Positions 56,887 to 64,000 of a stretch of DNA of 64,000 nt are shown here, one piece after another. The position numbers and the translations under genes are program-made. Each line of letters opens with the position of its first letter. The stretch's first letter is position 1. Source of the DNA: an uncultured Methanosarcinales archaeon (GTDB taxonomy: Archaea > Nanobdellota > Nanobdellia > Woesearchaeales > CAZYIM01); assembly GCA_964647565.1 (NCBI GenBank), contig CAZYIM010000008.1:12045-76044 (forward strand), written 5' to 3'. The notes below the pieces were generated by a model. That model made no database searches, was not told the DNA's origin, and was given only the letters and a program-made list of their open reading frames with translations.

Positions 56887-58116
56887 TTATTTGCCCTGCG
56901 AATCTGCTTCGTTTACGACTTCGTAGCTTGCTTCTTCAATATCCTTGTCATCGATCACACTGCTGATCTGGTTTTCAACATATTGTTTAGGATTTTGCAT
57001 AGCACCGTCTTCTAGATCTATATGATCTGCAGCTTCCAAGAAGCCCCTTGCTACAGACTTGACATCATCAGTGATCAATTTCTTTGACAATTTCTGATTA
57101 GCGGCTTTCAAGAAGAGTTTTATTGCTCCTCCCTGCAAGGTTGCTGTGTTTATGCATACTCTTGTTTTAGTGTAGATATCTGCAGCTGCCATTCCGATCT
57201 GACCAGCGCTTAGTGTAAGCTGTTGTATTGGCGTGACTGCTTCGAGATGACTGTAATGGTGCTTTAACTTTTCTTTTATCTTGTTGATCTCTTCATAAGC
57301 CCCTGGCAGGATCTCATCAGCAAACATTTCATAGGTATCTTCATAGTCGCCCATGTTTTCGAAGATCTCATCAATAGCACCTATCTTGGCTTTATATTTC
57401 TTTACCATCAGTCCAGATGTTCTGGCGTCTTTTTTCAAGCGTAAGGTTTCTTGTTGGTAGTTAAGATCTTTAGTATCGCCTTCGTAGTTATCTATGTATG
57501 TTTTGAGCTTACTCTCAGCTACTGTATTAATTTCCAACGCTTTATCCATTTCGTCCTTGAAAGTTTTTTTATCTGTAAGCATCTTTTCTCGCATCTTAAA
57601 TAAATTCTGATAGACATCTTTAGCCCTGTCTATCTCTGCTTCCATTGCAGAGACTTGCGAGTCCAGGTTTGTATCCATTTGCTTTATTCCTAAAAGTGCA
57701 TCCCCGATCAATTCTTGAGTTGTTTTATCGATCTCTACTTCGATAGTCTCTTTTTGTATCGGTGGCCATGCTTGAGCATCAGTACCTTTCCTAAATACCT
57801 TCATAATGGATAAAGGGTGTTTTTTAAGATAAGGATTTACTCTCCATTTGTCTTTTTCTTCTGTTACTTTGACATTTGCACCTTCTGTAGGATCATGTTC
57901 TTTAACTTGTTCTGCTACTTTGCTTAACTTGTAGAATTTTTCTCCAACATCATTCATCATATTTGTTGCAGATTCATGCACATTATTGAATGTCTGTAAA
58001 TCCTCCATATAATCAGATCGAACATTTTCAAGCGCTGTTGCTGCTTGGTTTGACCAAGTCTTTAGAGCTTTTTCAGTTTTTTCTATAACTGAATTTTTTT
58101 TACCAGTTTTTGCCAT
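56887..58116 (-). CDS. long coiled-coil protein (TelA/PspA-like architecture)
   Basis: GAGGA RBS; continuous heptad-like charged helices. Confidence 0.65.
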   Translation of the reverse strand: MAKTGKKNSVIEKTEKALKTWSNQAATALENVRSDYMEDLQTFNNVHESATNMMNDVGEKFYKLSKVAEQVKEHDPTEGANVKVTEEKDKWRVNPYLKKHPLSIMKVFRKGTDAQAWPPIQKETIEVEIDKTTQELIGDALLGIKQMDTNLDSQVSAMEAEIDRAKDVYQNLFKMREKMLTDKKTFKDEMDKALEINTVAESKLKTYIDNYEGDTKDLNYQQETLRLKKDARTSGLMVKKYKAKIGAIDEIFENMGDYEDTYEMFADEILPGAYEEINKIKEKLKHHYSHLEAVTPIQQLTLSAGQIGMAAADIYTKTRVCINTATLQGGAIKLFLKAANQKLSKKLITDDVKSVARGFLEAADHIDLEDGAMQNPKQYVENQISSVIDDKDIEEASYEVVNEADSQGK

Positions 58117-58331
58117 TTTTCATCCTCGTATCTAGTTTTATTTAATTATTACCCACTCATTTTTTTGTCAATACGTCTTAGTAGTAAAACGTTAATTGGG
58201 GTAATGTTAGCTTATTTATAAAGATTTCTATTTGAAGATGCTGATTAATGCTTTAAATTAGTGCTGTTTCCGTCTGAAAACCAGCTCAATAACGAAATAT
58301 TTAAATTGCAGTACAGAATACTTAATCACTC

Positions 58332-59045
58332 ATGGGTGGCAATGATTTGGCTGAGCAATTAGGGCTCAAAAAAGACATAGAAGATATACTCTTAAAACTT
58401 GAAGAGCAGATTCCAGATAAGATAAAGACTCTTAAGAGCAAAGCAGAAAAATTACTGACTGAAACAACACAGAAAAAGATCAAACTGCAATACTTCTCCT
58501 TCCTACAATACCTGTGTGCAGAAGATCGTTATGGATCGATGTTGATGGGTATTGAAAACGTCTGTTTTGATGATGAGGATGCATTTACAGATGATGAAGA
58601 TAATGATTTTCATGATATCATGTCAGATCCAACATCACTAGGCTATCTTCTATTTGTTGACGATAAGCCAATGGGCTATTTTGTGGGCTCAAATGATACC
58701 GAAGAGCTGCCAGAGGAACTTGTTGGAAATTCTTTCTATATAGCGTCCTGGGGTTTGCTGCCAGAGATCCAGGGCAAGGGAGTCTCTAAGCCAATGATGG
58801 ATCTCTATGTTGATACAATCAAGGAGACAGGATACACAAATATACTTTTTCACACAAGGAACACTGCCGTAAACATAAGGATGTTTCGGTCTATGGGCTT
58901 TAGATTGTACAAAGTTATTGAGAATTATTATATTGATGAGACTGAAGGACTTCCTGATCCGACCATAGACCAGGATGCAGCCCTTATGATTATGGGACCA
59001 GGAGAACCGGGCGAGGTAAACGAGTGCCAGAAACAAATAACCTGA
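58332..59045 (+). CDS. GNAT-family acetyltransferase
   Basis: YIASWGLLPEIQGKGVS (motif A), N..NIRMFRSMGF....I.NYY. Confidence 0.85.
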   Translation: MGGNDLAEQLGLKKDIEDILLKLEEQIPDKIKTLKSKAEKLLTETTQKKIKLQYFSFLQYLCAEDRYGSMLMGIENVCFDDEDAFTDDEDNDFHDIMSDPTSLGYLLFVDDKPMGYFVGSNDTEELPEELVGNSFYIASWGLLPEIQGKGVSKPMMDLYVDTIKETGYTNILFHTRNTAVNIRMFRSMGFRLYKVIENYYIDETEGLPDPTIDQDAALMIMGPGEPGEVNECQKQIT

Positions 59046-62000
59046 ATCTAAAAACGCCACATCCAGATCTTGAATTGACTCTTGTAGATGAAACAAGAAA
59101 AAAACGGATCAACAAGATATATCATAATCTAAAGAAGCTAGAGGATCTTACAAGGGAAGAGATCAAGAGGGATCTTGCAAGGGATTATGAGATCAGTACC
59201 AGTTTGAATAGTGCTTTGGATCCATTTGTAAATAACATACAAGACATCATGATAAAAAGTCATGATGACGAGACCAAGGATCTTCTTTTAGATTTTATTG
59301 ATGCTGCCGCTGGCAGCTATGATGCTGCATGGACTGCCTGGGATGATTGGATGAGGATGCAGGGCAGGAACTATCACACTAGTTCACCTGATGCTTCTAA
59401 CTTTAACTATGGATTGAGAACAGTACTTAAGGGTGTTCCAAAGACTCTTGAATTTGTGATAGACAATAATCTTGTTGAAGATTATAAAACACTGGTTAAG
59501 ACAGGTATAAAGACAGCTTCTTTTGTAAAGAGAATAGGCAATGTGAACTATATCTGGAACGGAGCCAAATACCTTGTGGCTAGTGAAAATAGATGGCGTA
59601 AACCTGTTAACATGGTAAAGGCTATCAGGGATAGGGGTGAAGACAGGTATGCGGACCTGATCCTGGATATAATGTACAATAATGTCGACATAGAGCCTCT
59701 CCATCTGGAATCAGGCATAGATGATTTTGTAAAGTATTATATTGACATGGCACAGAACGGATTTAGGAAGGAGGTTGATGCAATCCTTGATTTTGTACAT
59801 GGGATGGAAGGATTTGGAAGCCAGATGCATGTAGTATTTTCCACATTTCATCGAACCCTTAAAGAGTTGACCACCAACAAGAATGGCAAGACCTACAAGA
59901 AGAGGATCAGGAAAAAAAAGACCAAGATCCTTATGCGATACATGCAAGAATTCAAGCCACTGATCCAGTCAATAGAAACTGGTTATCGTCTTTCAAATAT
60001 TCCTGCATTCAGAAAATCCATTGATAAATATAATAAACTAGGCCTGAAGAGTCAGATTGAAGAAAACATAATCTATGCTAGGGCATTGCAGGATGGTATG
60101 GATATCAAGGATCCTATGAACCAGCAGGCTAAATTACCTGGCCTTGAATTTATGCTGGATTATCCCACTTTTGTTGAAGCATTTGGACGACAAGGCGCTA
60201 GAAACTTTGGGAAATATATCGAAAAGCTGACCAAGCTGGATATTGAGAAGCAGGATACATATGCATCTGTTGGCAACATCCCTAATTGCTTGCTCTGGAA
60301 TCTTAAGGGCATGGATGAAAAGGAAAAAGGCAGCCTGAAAAAACTGTACAATGACAAGCCAAGATTCCAGTTATATCTAAAGCTTGTTGAGTTGATTGCA
60401 GAACAGGCCAGGAATAATAAACATGGTCATGATATCAGGGATTATTACAGGGACTTTGAACTGAATTTTGTTGAAAAGACAATATTGGAGATTAAGAATC
60501 CTGGTTTCTTCCTGGAACATGCAGAGACCTTGGTGAACGCAAAGATTGTCCGGGAGATGGACAAGGTTGAATATTTGCTGAAATCTCCAAAACTTAGGAA
60601 TGAAGCAGAAAAAAGGCTTAGGCATTATTCTGTTTTTAGGGATCTTAAGAGTTTGCACAAGCTTGAAGACGCTGAAAACTGGTATGCTGCCCTTGCAGAG
60701 AGGGTTGGTTTTGATTCTGAAAAAAGCCTCGAGCAATACGTTGACAAAGTCCATGAATCAAAGCATTTCAGTCACATGGTGGAGCTGGTCAATGAGATAT
60801 TTGACTGCAAGATCAATCCTTTCAAGGCACTTGATACAATGGACCTTCTTAAAGAATTCTGGATGCGGGACCGTGTTGTGAATTTGAATTTCCTTATAGA
60901 GTCTGATGAACCTTATGAAAAGAAATTTAAGACTTTGGATAAGATACGAATAGACAAGAATGAGAGATTGCTCACAATCATGCCTTTGGACAGTTATGAT
61001 GTTGATGACTGGACTGAGCGGGCAACCAAAAAGGCTGAGGATTATTTCAGGGAGGAGTTCAAGGTCAATGTCCAATATCCGACTGAAGTCATTCTAAGAA
61101 TAGCTGAAATAGTACATCGGACTGAAACTAAAGATATGGTTAGACAATTGCTTCAGATGGAAGAGAAAAATGATCATAACCTGGCTATGTTCACTCCTGG
61201 AAAGATCCATGGCCAGAGAGATGTCTCTAATCTGCTTGTCCAAGCTGATTATGTCGAGGGTGTAAGGACATTGGTGGCAGGCTTGATAAGCAGCAGGCCA
61301 AAGAGCATCAGTGCAGCCTATAAGTTATTTGATCCGCCTATCCTTGATTCCGCCCGTATATATGTCTGTGGTTCTCTTTCCCCACAATATTTCTTCTATC
61401 AGATAAAAGACATGCTAAAGATCATTGATTCTCCCTCATTTGAATATAAACACAAAAAGGAAACTGCAGAGATCTTGATGAACACAATCAAAGAGACCTT
61501 CCTTATCTCAAAAGTGTACAATGAGAACAGGAATAATCTGCTCAATCTTGTCAGGGGTGTCGAGGCCTTGAAGACACCTGCAGAGAATTTTGATGCAATA
61601 GTCGCCAAGATGCAGGACTTTAAGTTGATTGATAACTTTGATGGTGTAAGATTGATGTGTTGTGCATTTCTTTCAGAAGACAAGGAGCGGACAGAGGCAG
61701 CATCAATCTATTACAACGCAGATCCATACATTGGTCTTGAACATATTGTGCCGAGCAGTTCAGGTATGATCTCTGGAAAACCTTTAGGGGTTGAGATCCT
61801 GGCCAACTGTGAGACAGGCAGGAACATGGATGTACTTTTGCTGGACTCTGCTGAAGGAGGACACCTGATGCAGAGGGTTCCAGAAAAAAAATACCTGAAT
61901 CTTTTCCTTGAAGGCCTGATAGGTGCGGCTGAAGATTCAAAATCTGACCTGCTCTTTGTGCCTGAGAAAGCTGTGAATGGAACTGCAAAAAAGTTTCAAA

Positions 62001-62215
62001 GCTATTTCAAGAGTTTCATCTGCGCCCAGAGTCCCCAATCCCTGCATCTGTCAAAGAAGAGAGGCGGGAGCAAGATAGAGACTCAAAATCAACATAGATA
62101 TCTGGAAGCATTTAAGGACAGGGAACAGTTGAGCGAGACCATCTCTGGTTATTATGCGCCAACAGTCCTACTCAGGAATGCATTCGATCAGAAGTTCAAC
62201 AGCCAGGTCTTTTGA
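59024..62215 (+). CDS. large hypothetical protein (1063 aa)
   Basis: GTG start with GAGGT RBS; long uninterrupted ORF. Confidence 0.75.
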   Translation: MPETNNLNLKTPHPDLELTLVDETRKKRINKIYHNLKKLEDLTREEIKRDLARDYEISTSLNSALDPFVNNIQDIMIKSHDDETKDLLLDFIDAAAGSYDAAWTAWDDWMRMQGRNYHTSSPDASNFNYGLRTVLKGVPKTLEFVIDNNLVEDYKTLVKTGIKTASFVKRIGNVNYIWNGAKYLVASENRWRKPVNMVKAIRDRGEDRYADLILDIMYNNVDIEPLHLESGIDDFVKYYIDMAQNGFRKEVDAILDFVHGMEGFGSQMHVVFSTFHRTLKELTTNKNGKTYKKRIRKKKTKILMRYMQEFKPLIQSIETGYRLSNIPAFRKSIDKYNKLGLKSQIEENIIYARALQDGMDIKDPMNQQAKLPGLEFMLDYPTFVEAFGRQGARNFGKYIEKLTKLDIEKQDTYASVGNIPNCLLWNLKGMDEKEKGSLKKLYNDKPRFQLYLKLVELIAEQARNNKHGHDIRDYYRDFELNFVEKTILEIKNPGFFLEHAETLVNAKIVREMDKVEYLLKSPKLRNEAEKRLRHYSVFRDLKSLHKLEDAENWYAALAERVGFDSEKSLEQYVDKVHESKHFSHMVELVNEIFDCKINPFKALDTMDLLKEFWMRDRVVNLNFLIESDEPYEKKFKTLDKIRIDKNERLLTIMPLDSYDVDDWTERATKKAEDYFREEFKVNVQYPTEVILRIAEIVHRTETKDMVRQLLQMEEKNDHNLAMFTPGKIHGQRDVSNLLVQADYVEGVRTLVAGLISSRPKSISAAYKLFDPPILDSARIYVCGSLSPQYFFYQIKDMLKIIDSPSFEYKHKKETAEILMNTIKETFLISKVYNENRNNLLNLVRGVEALKTPAENFDAIVAKMQDFKLIDNFDGVRLMCCAFLSEDKERTEAASIYYNADPYIGLEHIVPSSSGMISGKPLGVEILANCETGRNMDVLLLDSAEGGHLMQRVPEKKYLNLFLEGLIGAAEDSKSDLLFVPEKAVNGTAKKFQSYFKSFICAQSPQSLHLSKKRGGSKIETQNQHRYLEAFKDREQLSETISGYYAPTVLLRNAFDQKFNSQVF

Positions 62216-63173
62216 GTTTCTTATCTTTGAAGATCTGTTCTACTATGTTGGGTATGTTCCTGGCTATCATCCGGGATTTGACATTCTTGAGAACCATGGT
62301 GCCTCTTCTTAATGAGTGGACCAGGAACACGTCATAGTTGCCCTCTTTCTTCCAGGTCTCCCTCCAGATATGTGATTCCATGTTCTTGAGGGAGGTCTGA
62401 TATGCATAGATCAATCCGTGTGCAGGCTCGTCGCATGCAATTATCCTGGAACTGGAGATAGACTGAATAACAAGGGCGTCCCATGCAATATCCAAAGGGC
62501 CTGTGAACTTTGGACATGGCTTGCGCTTCTTTTTCCAGGGAATATCTTGGGCATCATCAGTTACTTTGGTGAGGGTAGTCTTGGGCTTTTTTAAGGGTTT
62601 AGTATGATAGATATAATGTGACATAGGTACCAGGTATTCCCAGTTGAAAGCATAGAGCCTGAAGAGATCCCTGATCTGTTCATCCGCATCAAGATTCTGG
62701 TAGAGCAGATGAAACAACTTTTCTGGTTGTATTCCCAGTCCCTTTTGCCTTAATATGGATGTTATAATCTCATTTCTGTTCTTACCCTGTAATTCATGAA
62801 TGTGTGATTGCTTAATATAGTGAGAGATTGCAGGAACTTTCTTTGGAGAGTTAAGATACAGGAATTCATCAAGAGCAACAGGATTCTTAACATCACTCTC
62901 TGGGATGCCCATTAGGGTAGCAGCACAAAAATTAGGATTGATATTGGCTGTCTTGTGGTGCGAGCAATCCTTGAGATCTGTCCTGCCGAGGTAGCTGGTG
63001 CACATACTGTCTTCTACTGTCAGGAAAAATTTTCTGATCTTTTTATCTTCAATTACAGTCTGGACTGTAGGGATATTAAAACTGTCTTCGTATTGTAATA
63101 TCTCATAGAGTCGATCTCTGTAGATAGGTCTGTCAGAACCTAGCATACTTTCAATTCTAGTTATTTCAGGCAT
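62196..63173 (-). CDS. hypothetical protein
   Basis: 325-aa ORF after a TATA box. Confidence 0.6.
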   Translation of the reverse strand: MPEITRIESMLGSDRPIYRDRLYEILQYEDSFNIPTVQTVIEDKKIRKFFLTVEDSMCTSYLGRTDLKDCSHHKTANINPNFCAATLMGIPESDVKNPVALDEFLYLNSPKKVPAISHYIKQSHIHELQGKNRNEIITSILRQKGLGIQPEKLFHLLYQNLDADEQIRDLFRLYAFNWEYLVPMSHYIYHTKPLKKPKTTLTKVTDDAQDIPWKKKRKPCPKFTGPLDIAWDALVIQSISSSRIIACDEPAHGLIYAYQTSLKNMESHIWRETWKKEGNYDVFLVHSLRRGTMVLKNVKSRMIARNIPNIVEQIFKDKKLKRPGC

Positions 63174-63220
63174 GTATTAATTTAGAACTTTACTACTATT
63201 TAAAATAATAGGATAAATAG

Positions 63221-64000
63221 CTAGACAAATACCACTTTTCTCTTTTCAACAGCTCTAACAATCATTTTTCTTATCTCGTCATAAACAAGGATTGCAAGGC
63301 TCATCCCAAGAATAAAGAGCCAATCGCCAAGTGTTAGTGGAACTGTCTTGAACCAGTTCTGCATGAATGGCAGGTAGAGCACTGCAAACTGTAATATCAA
63401 AGAGATTAGTACAGCACCAATCAGCTTCATGTTGGTGAAGAATCCCATCTTAAACAGGGATTTATTTGGGCTTCTGCAGTTGAAGACATTGAATAATTGA
63501 TACATGACAAGCAGTGTGAAAGCAACACTTCCAGCTTTCATCAGCATTGGCTCTGTTGCGCCTGCAGGTGCATATCTCCAAAAAGCAAACAATACACCAA
63601 TGGCCATGACCAGGCCTCCAAGCCCCCATTGTAGGAACTTGGATGTAGAGAGAACCCTCTCATGCTTGTCTCGAGGTTTTCTATCCATGATGTCTGCTTC
63701 TGGTGGTTCAATACCCAAAGAGAGTGCTGGCAACATATCTGTAATAAGGTTGATCCACAATATCTGGGTGACTGTTATTATCAGTAATTTAGGGAACAAT
63801 AGCAAACCAAAGAAGATGGTCAGTATCTCCCCCAGGTTGGATGAAAAGACGTATCTCATAAATTTCTTGATATCATCATAGATGTTTCTTCCTTCTCTAA
63901 CAGCACTTACAATAGTTGCAAATGAATCATCCATCAGTATCATATCAGAGGCTTGTTTTGAAACATCTGTGCCGGTTATTCCCATAGCAACTCCAATATC
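63221..64000 (-). CDS. cation-transporting P-type ATPase (Ca2+-ATPase-like), C-terminal part
   Basis: DIGVAMGITGTDVSKQASDMILMDDSFATIV.AV.EGR, QILWINLITD.LPAL.LG.EP. Confidence 0.93.
   Translation of the reverse strand, partial: DIGVAMGITGTDVSKQASDMILMDDSFATIVSAVREGRNIYDDIKKFMRYVFSSNLGEILTIFFGLLLFPKLLIITVTQILWINLITDMLPALSLGIEPPEADIMDRKPRDKHERVLSTSKFLQWGLGGLVMAIGVLFAFWRYAPAGATEPMLMKAGSVAFTLLVMYQLFNVFNCRSPNKSLFKMGFFTNMKLIGAVLISLILQFAVLYLPFMQNWFKTVPLTLGDWLFILGMSLAILVYDEIRKMIVRAVEKRKVVFV

Noticed and set aside
1..64000. tRNA, rRNA, CRISPR array, integrase or transposase genes; alternative genetic code
   Set aside because: No cloverleaf, rRNA-like tract, regularly spaced repeats or recombinase motifs seen by eye; TGA, TAG and TAA all terminate conserved genes at the expected lengths

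Overview
Chromosomal window of an AT-rich archaeon. Evidence: L7Ae, S28e, L24e, archaeal EF-2/EF-1alpha, archaeal-type TyrRS, Elp3 and TATA-box promoters. Gene content is suggestive of a DPANN (Woesearchaeales-like) lineage, which is an inference. Housekeeping genes (hisS, tyrS, purB, apt, rpl11, rpl7ae-rps28e-rpl24e-ndk-EF2-EF1A-rps10, elp3, RsmB/NOP2 methylase, P-type ATPase) are interleaved with orphans and bacterial-type envelope/secreted proteins (Lgt, L,D-transpeptidase, T9SS/FlgD-type C-terminal domain protein, mini-Rhs, double zinc-metalloprotease). Most notable: (1) a free-standing PD-(D/E)xK-type endonuclease gene sits between the current 3' end of apt and a displaced, diverged copy of an apt 3' end, and similar orphan gene-end copies lie behind rps10 and the RsmB gene, suggesting a gene-end-replacing mobile element; (2) an unrecognised three-way-junction motif with conserved junction sequences and freely varying stems occurs three times, once circularly permuted inside a 189-bp MITE with a 9-bp target duplication; (3) two 143-bp MITEs with 8-bp target duplications; (4) a tandem double kink-turn in the rpl7ae leader; (5) an uncharacterised four-gene cluster with a coiled-coil protein and two paralogs. 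No rRNA, tRNA, CRISPR array, transposase or reverse transcriptase was recognised.
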